Notes under the pieces: generated by a model | Database searches by the model: none | The model's input: the letters and a program-made list of their open reading frames with translations, nothing else | Told to the model about the DNA's origin: nothing | NCBI GenBank assembly: GCA_963765495.1 | Contig: CAVXWP010000004.1 | Location: forward strand, 1 to 64,000 | Direction of reading: 5' to 3' | Origin: Blastocatellia bacterium | GTDB taxonomy: Bacteria; Acidobacteriota; Blastocatellia; UBA7656 | Length of the DNA stretch: 64,000 bases | Shown: positions 34,087 to 43,873 of the stretch, one piece after another | Layout: each line of letters starts with the position of its first letter | How positions within the stretch are numbered: the stretch's first letter is position 1 | Program-made: the position numbers and the translations under genes

Positions 34087-35838
34087 CTAAGCCTGCGTCG
34101 TCCCGAAAAAGAGAACGGCTATATTCGAGCGAATCGAATTCTTTATCAACCGCACGCGGTTGGCTCCTGTGCGGATGTTGAGTTCGTCCGCCTTCGCTTT
34201 GATCTTCACTTTCTTGTTCGAATCGGCATTCAACGTTGAAACTATCACGCCGTTGATTTCGATCTGAATCTGTCCCGCAAGTCCATTACCTTTTATCTTC
34301 AGCTTCTTACCGTTGAATGAAACATTATTGATTATCGCTCCGCCCTCATCGGCCTCACTGAAATCGGCTATGGCGGGCGCTCCTGTGTTGTCCTCGCTAT
34401 CTCGGAATACGACACTTGCCTTCGTTGTGGAGGGAAGGTCGTCGAGACCGGCAAGATTGAATATAAAATCACTCCGTTTTTCATTATCGCCAAAAGCGAC
34501 CGGAGCATCCTCGCGCAAGACGTTTCCGGCACTATCGAGTAGCGAGATTTGAGCGGTCGCCACATCGGCGTCAATGTCGTAAACCGCGCCCTTCAAAGTC
34601 AGAAAGCCGCTTTGGAGATCACCTTTCAGTGAGTCGACATAAGGCGAGTGGTCTGTGGCTTCGGCGATAATTCGATAGCCCATCGCTTTGAAGGCTATAA
34701 GATCATTTTTCTTAATATCATGCACTTGTCCGAGTTTCAATATAGGGTCCATTACACCGATACGCGAACCGACAAATGAATCATCTTTCCAGTGGTCTGC
34801 TCCGAAGCCATCGCCGCCTGTGAGGTTGAGCCGGGCGGTTGAAAGCGGAATCTCCTTTTCACCCGCATAGTGGAACTGTTCGCCGCCTGCCGACAGAATG
34901 CGCTTTGCATTCGTGAAAGTCTCCATCGTGGTTCCAGGGCGGAAGCGATAGATATCAAGGGAACTGACGGTCAGCGGCAGCCCAGGATTCAATTCTGTTG
35001 TGCCGACTCGTGTAACAAAGCCTATTACGTGTCCAATCTCATGCAAGGCCGTTCCTACGAAATCCAGTCTTCCCGCATCAATGCCATCGTCAGGATTGAA
35101 ATCCCAGAGCCCTGTGCTCAGGAAAGCAATAGAGGGAGGGGGTCCGAACTGGTCCATCTCGCCCTCCGGGTCGGCGACAGGAGGGATCAGACCGATGACC
35201 CGCAATAATGCCGATGGCATCACGAAGGCATCGGTGTCGCCGAGGTCGGTCGGGACAGCGGTTTCCGGCAGCGCGCTGAACAATGCAAGGTCCCGTCCGG
35301 TATTGGCGTTGGCAATCACAGAGTTTCGCCAATCCTTGTACTCGCCTCTACCGATCAGCAATTGAGGTCTGGCCTGACCGGTAATATCGGGGCGACCAAA
35401 CACAGTTGGCCCATAATCGACATCAATAATAATAGTGACTGGCGCAGGGGCCTCAATGAGCGAACACCAGGTTTGCGCCGCGCGCAGATAAGCATCCCGC
35501 GCCTGGGGATTGGATTCGAGTCCGTCTCCTGCGCGCAAGATAAAGGTTATGTTGCCTGTCCCTTGCACAGTGAGCAGGTGACGACGCGATGCCCCTGTTT
35601 GCGGGTTGTAGCTGGATTCGGCCATCAGTCGAATATCCTGCTCGGTTGCCGATTGACAGATGACTTTTCCATCCTCAATGCGGGAAACAAATCCAACTTC
35701 TTCGGGAAGCTTCCTCCAACGGGAGGAAGCCTGTTCGGTGTGTGGGGTGGACAAGCTTGCCTGTGCGAGAGGGCTTATTGAAGCCAGAACAAATATTCCA
35801 ATCGGTAACCATATCGCCGCAAAAACTTTTCGTGACAT
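34087..35838 (-). CDS. secreted zinc metalloprotease with C-terminal Ig-like domains
   Basis: Signal peptide, LHEIGHVIG, DHWKD, GVMDP. Confidence 0.85.
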   Translation of the reverse strand: MSRKVFAAIWLPIGIFVLASISPLAQASLSTPHTEQASSRWRKLPEEVGFVSRIEDGKVICQSATEQDIRLMAESSYNPQTGASRRHLLTVQGTGNITFILRAGDGLESNPQARDAYLRAAQTWCSLIEAPAPVTIIIDVDYGPTVFGRPDITGQARPQLLIGRGEYKDWRNSVIANANTGRDLALFSALPETAVPTDLGDTDAFVMPSALLRVIGLIPPVADPEGEMDQFGPPPSIAFLSTGLWDFNPDDGIDAGRLDFVGTALHEIGHVIGFVTRVGTTELNPGLPLTVSSLDIYRFRPGTTMETFTNAKRILSAGGEQFHYAGEKEIPLSTARLNLTGGDGFGADHWKDDSFVGSRIGVMDPILKLGQVHDIKKNDLIAFKAMGYRIIAEATDHSPYVDSLKGDLQSGFLTLKGAVYDIDADVATAQISLLDSAGNVLREDAPVAFGDNEKRSDFIFNLAGLDDLPSTTKASVVFRDSEDNTGAPAIADFSEADEGGAIINNVSFNGKKLKIKGNGLAGQIQIEINGVIVSTLNADSNKKVKIKAKADELNIRTGANRVRLIKNSIRSNIAVLFFGTTQA

Positions 35839-35915
35839 AACGCCTCCTCAAATCAGCAAATCGTGATTGCAATCTTATTCTTCCAATTTCCTCCAAGCGG
35901 TCACTTCAACCTGCA

Positions 35916-37310
35916 TCAGGGCGTCGTCACTGTTATCTCAGATTGATCTGAGCAATGAGAACTATCGCAGGCGCGAACGGCGAAGCGATACTCGGTCCCT
36001 GACTGTAATTTCTTGATCTTCGCGGCAGTTGAATTGGCCGCAAGGGTCTTGACAACTATCCACTGAGCGCCATCCCATTGAAGAACTTCAAAACGGTTCT
36101 CCCCTGGAGATGTATCTATCCAGGCGAGCTTGACTTTGTTGGCCTTCACCTTCTTCGCCTCGAAATTATCGGGTTGAAACACAGAGGCTTTTACATAATG
36201 GTGGATGCGCTTCACGGTCCAGGTCAGCCCATTGTCCTCTGACACTTCAAATTTACGATCTGCTGCGGATTGCGAGATGCTGTCGTAGGTCACACGTCCG
36301 AGCATCGTGAGACCGGTTTGCGGGTCATCGAATTCTCCCTGAAACACCATATCATTGTCTTCTTCGTTTCCCTTAAGCTCAAGCAACAGCCCTTCGGTGT
36401 CGAGCCACATATAACGCCACATGCCGGCTCGCGTATCGTAGAAGCTTACGCTTGTGCCCCTGTAATCGTCCCCGCATCTGAAATCTTCAAGCATGGCGAA
36501 TCCGCCCCCGGCTCCGAACAGAGTGCCCGTAACGCTTGCCTGAGACGCGCAATCCGGGTCTTCGACTTCCCATTCGCCTTTCAGGAAATCAAACTGCCTG
36601 AATTTTTTCGGCAAAGAAGAAATGGTTATGACATTCTGGCCTCCGCCCTGAGATGACGATGAAAGTGTGCGCGCAGAAACAAGAGAGTCTGCCCTCCTGC
36701 CGTGCGCGAGGAAATTCTGCTGCCAGGTTTGCCCGCCGTTTGCCGATACTTCGTAGAGGAAATCCCATTGATTATCCGTGATGTTGAACCAGGACTCTCG
36801 CCCTGACATTTTGACTCCTGTGGTCGTCCTCGTCTCCTGCCCCGTTAGCACCATCCTGCCGTTTTGAAATTCACCGCTGACCTCTATAAGCAGTTGGTCC
36901 TGATCGAACCAGGTCTGATACCATTTCTGCTCCCTCGTGTCGTAAATGCTCACGCTCGTGCCAAGGCCGTTGCTGAAGTTCTCAAGGGTGGCGATGCCTC
37001 CTCCGACGCCGAATGAGGTTATTTGACTCTTGGAAGACCCGCTCCCGATAGCAAGGTTCCAGTTTCCGAGCCAGAAGTCGAATTGACGGGCTTCGGGTGG
37101 CAATGCCGCCTCTGCTTCGCCCTCTGATTGTGCTGCTGTGCCTATTACGACGATAGCCATACCGGCGGAGAGAATCAGGAAGATCGCGATAGAAGTGACG
37201 ATCAGACGAAAAAAGTTCTTCCCGAAAGCTCCTCTCAAACGGGTCGCCAAGATTACCGCAATATTAAGACCGCTGCCATTATCGGCATCAAGCGAGTTTC
37301 TTCGATACAT
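35916..37310 (-). CDS. exported protein with two DUF1579-like domains and a fibronectin type III domain
   Basis: QFDFWLGNW / QFDFLKGEW repeats, SxNGGxTW motifs, LQSGTEYRFAVRA. Confidence 0.8.
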   Translation of the reverse strand: MYRRNSLDADNGSGLNIAVILATRLRGAFGKNFFRLIVTSIAIFLILSAGMAIVVIGTAAQSEGEAEAALPPEARQFDFWLGNWNLAIGSGSSKSQITSFGVGGGIATLENFSNGLGTSVSIYDTREQKWYQTWFDQDQLLIEVSGEFQNGRMVLTGQETRTTTGVKMSGRESWFNITDNQWDFLYEVSANGGQTWQQNFLAHGRRADSLVSARTLSSSSQGGGQNVITISSLPKKFRQFDFLKGEWEVEDPDCASQASVTGTLFGAGGGFAMLEDFRCGDDYRGTSVSFYDTRAGMWRYMWLDTEGLLLELKGNEEDNDMVFQGEFDDPQTGLTMLGRVTYDSISQSAADRKFEVSEDNGLTWTVKRIHHYVKASVFQPDNFEAKKVKANKVKLAWIDTSPGENRFEVLQWDGAQWIVVKTLAANSTAAKIKKLQSGTEYRFAVRACDSSHCSDQSEITVTTP

Positions 37311-37641
37311 AAAATTCTCCTTCTTACATATCAATCGATTCAGTCAGGTTGATTTCAGAGCACAAAACATTCGCTGATTCAGGGCGCACATTCAGAGCGG
37401 GCGTGTATGCCAAAACTCACAGCACCGCCGTTAATCGCTGACACCATTCTGTGATAAACTGCGTCCTCGTTATTTTTTGACTTCTTGAGATACTAACGGA
37501 GCGGCGGGTCAATCAGGCATTAATTGAGGATTAAAAATGATTAAATTATGTTGCGGATGGCCAAACCTCCATGCAACAGAAATTTATATACTGCGTCCTT
37601 TATCGAATCATTGAATAAAGAAGAAAGGGGGCGAGAAGGAG

Positions 37642-39408
37642 TTGTATGAATTCGGTCCATTTTACCTCGAACCTGTAAAGCGAATTCTTTTACGGGACGG
37701 AGAGCCGGTCGCTCTGCCTCCAAAAGCCTTCGATACTCTGCTCGTCTTGATTGAAAACGTAGGACAGGTCGTCGAAAGAAATGTATTGATGGAGAAACTC
37801 TGGCCCGATACATGTGTCGAAGAGAGCAACCTCAACGTACAGATATCCTTTCTCAGAAAGGCGCTCGGAGAGCATCCAAACGAGCATCGCTACATCGTCA
37901 CGGTCCCGCGTAGAGGCTATAGCTTTGTTGCAGAAATCAACAGGATTGAAAATGATACGGGCGATAAGCTTGCGGTAGAAGATATCACGCGCGCTGAACC
38001 GGTCGAGGGGGAGGAAGATCAGAAAGAATATTTGCAGGAGGAGGTGCATCTCGATGGCAAAGCCGCTTCCGAATGGTTTTCCGGCAGTTGGAAGCGCAGA
38101 TTAACCATCGCGCTGGCGACGCTGGCGCTGATAACGAAGCTCAGCAACATTGATCAGATAATCGTCAGACCGACAAGCGCGATTCTCAAATACGGCGATG
38201 CGGAATCGGACCCGGTTACAGCAGGGCGGGAACTCGAAGTGGATCTTCTGCTGGAGGGAAAGATACAGAACTCGGGTGATAGGATTCGTGTGACAGTGCA
38301 GATGTTGAGAATGAGAGACGGAGCGGCGCTGTGGGCCGATTCCTTCGATGAGAAAAACACGAACATATTCGCGGTGGAGGATTCAATATCGAGGCGAGTG
38401 GCAGAGGTCGTAAGGACGAATCTGAATGTGGAAGAGAAAAAGACTCTTGGCAAGCATTACACCGAAAACACGCGGGCATATCAGGCATATATAAAAGGGC
38501 GATATCACTGGAACAAACGGACAGGGGAAGAACTGATAAAGGCAACAGTATACTTCGAAGAAGCCATCGAGCATGACCCCACTTATGCGCTTGCTTATGC
38601 GGGACTTGCCGACTCCTACAATCTGCTGAGCATCTATGGAGGCATGGATCCGAAGGATGTTTATCCAAAGGCCAAAGAGGCGGCAACCAAAGCGATTGAA
38701 ATCGATGACACGCTGGCCGAGGCCTACACGTCGCGCGCTTACGCGAAGATGCGGTATGACTGGGACTGGGCGGGGGCCGAAGAAGATTTCAAGCACTCAC
38801 TCAGTCTGGCCCCCGGTTACGCCACCGCTCATCATTGGTACGGTGAATATTTCATGCTCATCGGAAGATCGAATGAAGCAAAGGCGGAATTCAAGCGGGC
38901 TTTAGAACTAGACCCCCTTTCGGTGATAATGAACAGCGATCTGGCCTGGCTTCTCTACTATGTCCACGACTACGATGCGGCAATCGATCAGGCCCGGAAG
39001 ACGCTCGATCTGGACCGGGAATTCATCCCTGCGCGTCTGGCGCTTGCGGAGACGTACACCCAAAAAGGAATGTATGAAGAGGCGCTCAAAGAATTCGAGA
39101 ATAACGACATAATGAAGAGTTACTGGGCTCGCATCGCATATATTTTCGCCATATCAGGCAGGAGAGATCAGGCGCTCGGCATACTCAAAGAAAAAGCGAG
39201 GATTTATAAAGATAATCCCCGTTTGCCCCATCCGCTCGCAGTGATATATGCGGGGCTCTTAGACAAAGACCATGCGATTGAATTGTTGGAAAAATCTTAT
39301 CAAGCTCATCTGGAAGCGATGCTCTACCTGAAAGTAGACCCCAGATTCGATCTCTTGCACTCCGACGCGAGGTTTCAAGAATTACTGCGCCGCATAGGGC
39401 TGAGTTGA
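37642..39408 (+). CDS. winged-helix (CadC/OmpR-like) + TolB-like + TPR transcriptional regulator, probably internally deleted
   Basis: YEFGPF, LPPKAFDTL, TVPRRGY, TPRs, LKVDPRFD. Confidence 0.85.
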   Translation: MYEFGPFYLEPVKRILLRDGEPVALPPKAFDTLLVLIENVGQVVERNVLMEKLWPDTCVEESNLNVQISFLRKALGEHPNEHRYIVTVPRRGYSFVAEINRIENDTGDKLAVEDITRAEPVEGEEDQKEYLQEEVHLDGKAASEWFSGSWKRRLTIALATLALITKLSNIDQIIVRPTSAILKYGDAESDPVTAGRELEVDLLLEGKIQNSGDRIRVTVQMLRMRDGAALWADSFDEKNTNIFAVEDSISRRVAEVVRTNLNVEEKKTLGKHYTENTRAYQAYIKGRYHWNKRTGEELIKATVYFEEAIEHDPTYALAYAGLADSYNLLSIYGGMDPKDVYPKAKEAATKAIEIDDTLAEAYTSRAYAKMRYDWDWAGAEEDFKHSLSLAPGYATAHHWYGEYFMLIGRSNEAKAEFKRALELDPLSVIMNSDLAWLLYYVHDYDAAIDQARKTLDLDREFIPARLALAETYTQKGMYEEALKEFENNDIMKSYWARIAYIFAISGRRDQALGILKEKARIYKDNPRLPHPLAVIYAGLLDKDHAIELLEKSYQAHLEAMLYLKVDPRFDLLHSDARFQELLRRIGLS

Positions 39409-39450
39409 ATGCATTAGCTGCCAGGGCGCAGCACAGGGCGCGCGCTGTGG

Positions 39451-39504
39451 GCTCCGCTTCAACTGAGTAGGTGGAAAGCGCGTCCGCTAAACTCGGCGTT
39501 AGGC
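39451..39504 (+). repeat. right half of an attC site
   Basis: ..GCGCGTCCGCTAAACTCGGCGTTAGGC. Confidence 0.7.
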
Positions 39505-39542
39505 CCCTTGCACCTGCTTTAGTTATTGCGCATTCTTAACAT

Positions 39543-40007
39543 ATGGTCGAGATCGAAGAAGCATTTGATTTAGCATCCATCAGAGCGGCACGTGCACTCT
39601 TTGAGGAGTATCAGCAAGCACTCGGCATTGATCTCAGCTTTCAAGACTTCGCAACAGAGCTTGAAACGCTCCCGGGAGAGTATGCGCCTCCCCCCGGACG
39701 GCTCTTGCTCGCGCGAGAAGGCGGCATCATCGTTGGGTGCGTCGCAATGCGTCCTTTAACACTCGAGACATGTGAAATGAAACGCCTATATGTGAGACCG
39801 CAGTCTCGGGCAGGGGGCGTGGGGCGACAACTGGCCGAGCGCGTGATCGCGGAAGCACGGGCGATTGGCTACCATCGTACGCACCTGGACACGCTGCCTA
39901 CGATGGCAGGCGCACAGCGGCTTTATGAAAGCCTCGGCTTCAAAGACATACCGCCCTACCGTCACAACCCGATCGCAGGGACAAGATTCCTCGGCCTTGA
40001 TCTGTGA
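39543..40007 (+). CDS. GNAT acetyltransferase
   Basis: LPGEYAPP, CEMKRLYVRP, LDTLPTM, LYESLGF. Confidence 0.92.
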   Translation: MVEIEEAFDLASIRAARALFEEYQQALGIDLSFQDFATELETLPGEYAPPPGRLLLAREGGIIVGCVAMRPLTLETCEMKRLYVRPQSRAGGVGRQLAERVIAEARAIGYHRTHLDTLPTMAGAQRLYESLGFKDIPPYRHNPIAGTRFLGLDL

Positions 40008-40012
40008 CGATG

Positions 40013-40065
40013 GCCTAACCGCATTCCAGCGGACGCGTTTTCCACCTACTCAGTTAAGCAGAAGC
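40013..40065 (+). repeat. left half of an attC site, inverted relative to 39451-39504
   Basis: GCCTAACCGCATTCCAGCGGACGCGTTTTCCACCTACTCAGTT. Confidence 0.7.
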
Positions 40066-40227
40066 AGCAGTATCAGGTTGGTCTATAGATGTAAATGAAC
40101 TGTTTCCAGAATCACGTTTTTAAGAAGCACATTCTCCTGCGCGCAGCCCACCTAACTTTTCCTTTCAGCAAACACCTATTTGGTTGCGCTGTTATCCCTG
40201 TTGGTCACAAAGCGTCGCAAGTTTCCA

Positions 40228-40396
40228 GGGCCGTTTCATTCTCAGATTGACTTGCCGAGATAATAGGAAACCACTGATTGCATTATGAAAAGGCCTTGCC
40301 TGCTTTGCGTCTTTTCGTCCTTACGCAAATCTATTTCACGCAAAGAAGTGAAGGGCGTCAGGTACGCGAAGAGTTTCCTGAGAAATAAATTGGCCC
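40228..40396. mobile_element. degenerate MITE-like element D (related pieces near 27745 and 48790-48900)
   Basis: Imperfect TIR GGGCCGTTTCATTCTCAG / CTGAGAAATAAATTGGCCC; shared TTCTCAGATTGA..TTGCCGA and AAGAGTTTCCTGAGAA segments. Confidence 0.45.
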
Positions 40397-40504
40397 AGCC
40401 TGGTCTCTCCTCAGAACGCTTGAGTAGCCTTCGCTCTTTGACAATTTTCGCTTATGAATGTAAGTTTTTATGTAAATACATTTTGGAGGGGATACAGTTT
40501 CAGT

Positions 40505-41005
40505 ATGTCAAAGAGTGGTCACAAAGGAATATGCAGAATAGATCAGCCGTCCAGAAATACATATGGATGGTACGTTCGTGTAGTGTTTAACGGAATATCT
40601 CGCTGTAAGTTTTTCAGTGACAAAACGATTGGCACCAAACGGAAGGCGCTTGAGGCCGCAATCAAGTTTCGCGATCAGGCAGAAAAAGAGCTGGGCCGCC
40701 CGCGCACAGACCGGCAGGTGTCATCAGGAAGTGGAAAGAACGAGTCAGGTGTTACGGGGGTAAATCTCAAGAAGGAAATTGTGAAGGGCAAAGATGGAGA
40801 GCGAGAGGTAAAGAAGTACTACATAGTGAATTGGAGTCCCTGGCCCGGGAAATTATGTAGAAAGTTTATCTCAATAGAAAAGTACGGCGAGAAAGGCGCA
40901 TTGTTGAGGGCTTGCCGTCTCAGGAGGGAGAAGGAGAGGGAGATGTACGGGAGCGAAGTAAAGGGGAACTGGAAAGTGAGTTTAGGCAAGCTATTGGAAC
41001 TCTAA
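40505..41005 (+). CDS. stand-alone AP2-like DNA-binding domain protein
   Basis: KGICRID..GWYVRV..KFFSD..ALEAAIKFRD, SGVTGV, KYGEKGALLRAC; very basic. Confidence 0.75.
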   Translation: MSKSGHKGICRIDQPSRNTYGWYVRVVFNGISRCKFFSDKTIGTKRKALEAAIKFRDQAEKELGRPRTDRQVSSGSGKNESGVTGVNLKKEIVKGKDGEREVKKYYIVNWSPWPGKLCRKFISIEKYGEKGALLRACRLRREKEREMYGSEVKGNWKVSLGKLLEL

Positions 41006-41395
41006 CAACCAAATGCATCGGTACGCAGGCAGCAGATATCGTAAAACATAATCGATGCTGTTGCCCGCGTCCGATCAACCGGCATCAAACTTGTGCCGGG
41101 GCTGACTCTGCTGGCAAATGAGAATAACATCAAACGGAGACGGGGGTTCAGAAAGAACTGACGGTCCTTCCCTCGCCCAGTAAAATACCATCCTCCCAGG
41201 TTCGATCGGATGGCTATCCCGCAGAAAGATTTGCCTATGGTTTGTTTAATCTTTTCCAGACAGCCGGGATGATGCGATCCAGGGCTTATCCGCTTGTTCT
41301 TCACCGCATGAATTGCAGTGTAAAACCCGGCTCGCTCAGCTAAGACAAAAAGGTTAGAATGGCATAATCAAATCTGATTTGAATGGAGTTTTTCA

Positions 41396-41671
41396 ATGAG
41401 CGAACAAGACAAAGATGACATCAAGAGAGAGCATTCTCCGAGGGAAGAAAAGACTGATTACACCGATTATCAGGAGTTGAATTTTCTAGGGCGGGCCGAG
41501 GTGCTTGGCGCGGCAGAAGTGGAGAACGTCGAGCCATCAGAAGTTGTTGGCGGGGAACCGCAGTCCGATCCACATCCGGAACAGTTGACAGAAGCCACAC
41601 ATGGCAAAACAGATTACAATGACAATGCTGATTTAGCCCCTGTTGATCCAGAGGGGCAGACAAACGGCTAA
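41396..41671 (+). CDS. small acidic hypothetical protein
   Basis: GGAG RBS; internal KTDY repeat. Confidence 0.6.
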   Translation: MSEQDKDDIKREHSPREEKTDYTDYQELNFLGRAEVLGAAEVENVEPSEVVGGEPQSDPHPEQLTEATHGKTDYNDNADLAPVDPEGQTNG

Positions 41672-41838
41672 ATCGAATCGTTTAAGATTGACACAGATGC
41701 ATCTACAAGCATTCCAAAAATCATTTGTGGCGAAAGCCGCCTGGCAAGGTACGACTTCAAAGCAATCACTGAACTGTCAATAAGGCTCGATTCCTTGCGG
41801 ATTGTCGTGGATTGCTCACCAGGTATAGTAGGTGACTT

Positions 41839-43797
41839 ATGAAACCCAAAGAACTCACCATACGCGGCCTGATACTCGGCGCGCTCATCACGGTTATCTT
41901 CACGGCGGCTAACGTATATCTCGGCCTCAAGGTCGGTCTTACCTTTGCTTCGTCGATCCCTGCTGCGGTGATCTCGATGGCCATCCTTAGCGCAGTGAAG
42001 GACTCGTCGATACTCGAAAACAACATCGTCCAGACCGTCGCGTCTGCTGCCGGAACGCTCTCAGCGATCATCTTCGTTTTGCCGGGTCTCGTGATTGTCG
42101 GCTGGTGGACGGGGTTCCCCTTCTGGCAATCGTTTCTTATCTGCCTAAGCGGAGGCGTGCTCGGCGTGGTCTTCACGATCCCGCTCCGACGTGCGCTAGT
42201 TACAAACTCCGACCTGCCCTACCCGGAAGGTGTAGCGGCGGCCGAAGTATTGAAAGTCGGATCCGGCACGCGTGGAGAAACGAAGGACGAGACGGGCGAA
42301 GCGAGAGAAGGGCTTGTCGCCGTGATTCTCGGTTCCGCCGCTTCGGCGGGGCTCGCCATCGTAACGGCGACGCGGATCGCTGCCGGTCAACTCACAGGTT
42401 TCTTTCGCATCGGGACCATGGCATCGAGCGGTTACGACTTCGCATGGTCGCTTGCGCTTGTCGGCGCAGGTCATCTCGTCGGGTTGTCGGTGGGAATGGC
42501 TATGCTTTTCGGCCTCGTGATCGCATGGGGAATTGCCGTCCCGATCTTGACATCGATGCAGCCCGCTGCCGAAGGCATGACGCTTGCCGGGCACACCCTG
42601 TCGATCTGGCGCGATCAGGTTCGGTTTATCGGCGCCGGAACGATCGCTATTGCCGCGATCTATACGCTGGCCAAACTAGCAAAGCCGGTCGTCGGCGGGC
42701 TCTTGAGCACGCTTGCTGCCTCTCGGAAAGCGGACACAGGGGACGATAGTGACCGCGATCTCTCACCCTCGTGGATTTTCGCGCTTACTGCCGCATGCCT
42801 GCTCATAGCCGCGTGGCTTTCGTTCACGTTCGCGCAGTCGACGGTACTGGCATCAAGTGCCTTGAAGCTCACAATGATCGCCGTACCCTTCGTGCTACTT
42901 GGCGGCTTTCTCATCGCCGGGATCTGCGGATATATGGCGGGGCTCATCGGGGCATCGAACAGCCCAATTTCGGGCGTTGGCATTCTGTCAATCGTGCTAT
43001 GTGCATCGACACTCGTACTCGCCGTGTCGCCAACGCCTGCGATGCAGCCCGCGCTTGTGGCCTTCGCGCTCTTCGTGACGGCGATAGTCTTCGCGTGTGC
43101 AACGATCTCGAACGACAACTTGCAAGATCTCAAAACCGGCCAGCTAGTCGGTGCCTCTCCTATGCGTCAGCAGATAGCGCTCATAGTCGGCGTAGGTGCC
43201 GGCGCGGCGGTGATCCCCTGGGTGCTCAACCTGCTCGCCAAGGCGTATGGGTTTGCCGGAGCCGCAAACGTCGGCGTTGTAGCTCCGAATCCACTGGCGG
43301 CCCCACAGGCAACGCTCATCTCCGCCCTCGCCAGGGGCGCAATCGGGGGAAGCCTCCCCTGGAAGATGATCGGGATTGGCGCACTCATTGGCGTCGGCAT
43401 CATTCTGCTTGATACGACGCTTGGCGCGATGAAGAGATTACGCATTCCACCGTTAGCCGTTGGCATCGGGATATATCTTCCAATGTCGGCCACCTTTGCT
43501 GTGGTTGTAGGGGCGGTGATCTCTCATTGGTATGATAAGTTCGCTCGCTCGACGGCGAACCCTGATCGTGCCGAGCGACTGGGCACGCTCGTGGCGTCGG
43601 GATTGATTGTCGGCGAGAGCTTGTGGGGCGTGATCAACGCGGGTCTGATCGTCGGGCTCTCGAAAGACGCGCCGATAGGGCTCGTATCCGAGGATTTTGC
43701 GCTCGCTCCCTGGCTCGGACTGCTCGGCTTCATTGGGTCGATCATTTGGTTGTACGGATGGATGGTGCGCCGGTCTGCAAAGCAAATGCGTGTCTAG
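41839..43797 (+). CDS. OPT family oligopeptide transporter
   Basis: ELTIRG, YLGLKVG, LPYPEG, NLQDLKTG, APQA. Confidence 0.95.
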   Translation: MKPKELTIRGLILGALITVIFTAANVYLGLKVGLTFASSIPAAVISMAILSAVKDSSILENNIVQTVASAAGTLSAIIFVLPGLVIVGWWTGFPFWQSFLICLSGGVLGVVFTIPLRRALVTNSDLPYPEGVAAAEVLKVGSGTRGETKDETGEAREGLVAVILGSAASAGLAIVTATRIAAGQLTGFFRIGTMASSGYDFAWSLALVGAGHLVGLSVGMAMLFGLVIAWGIAVPILTSMQPAAEGMTLAGHTLSIWRDQVRFIGAGTIAIAAIYTLAKLAKPVVGGLLSTLAASRKADTGDDSDRDLSPSWIFALTAACLLIAAWLSFTFAQSTVLASSALKLTMIAVPFVLLGGFLIAGICGYMAGLIGASNSPISGVGILSIVLCASTLVLAVSPTPAMQPALVAFALFVTAIVFACATISNDNLQDLKTGQLVGASPMRQQIALIVGVGAGAAVIPWVLNLLAKAYGFAGAANVGVVAPNPLAAPQATLISALARGAIGGSLPWKMIGIGALIGVGIILLDTTLGAMKRLRIPPLAVGIGIYLPMSATFAVVVGAVISHWYDKFARSTANPDRAERLGTLVASGLIVGESLWGVINAGLIVGLSKDAPIGLVSEDFALAPWLGLLGFIGSIIWLYGWMVRRSAKQMRV

Positions 43798-43873
43798 TGA
43801 AGAGCGAGAAAGGACAGACAGGATTAACAAGATTCTACCCTTCATAGGATTTACTCAAGGAGTTGCTGTTTAT

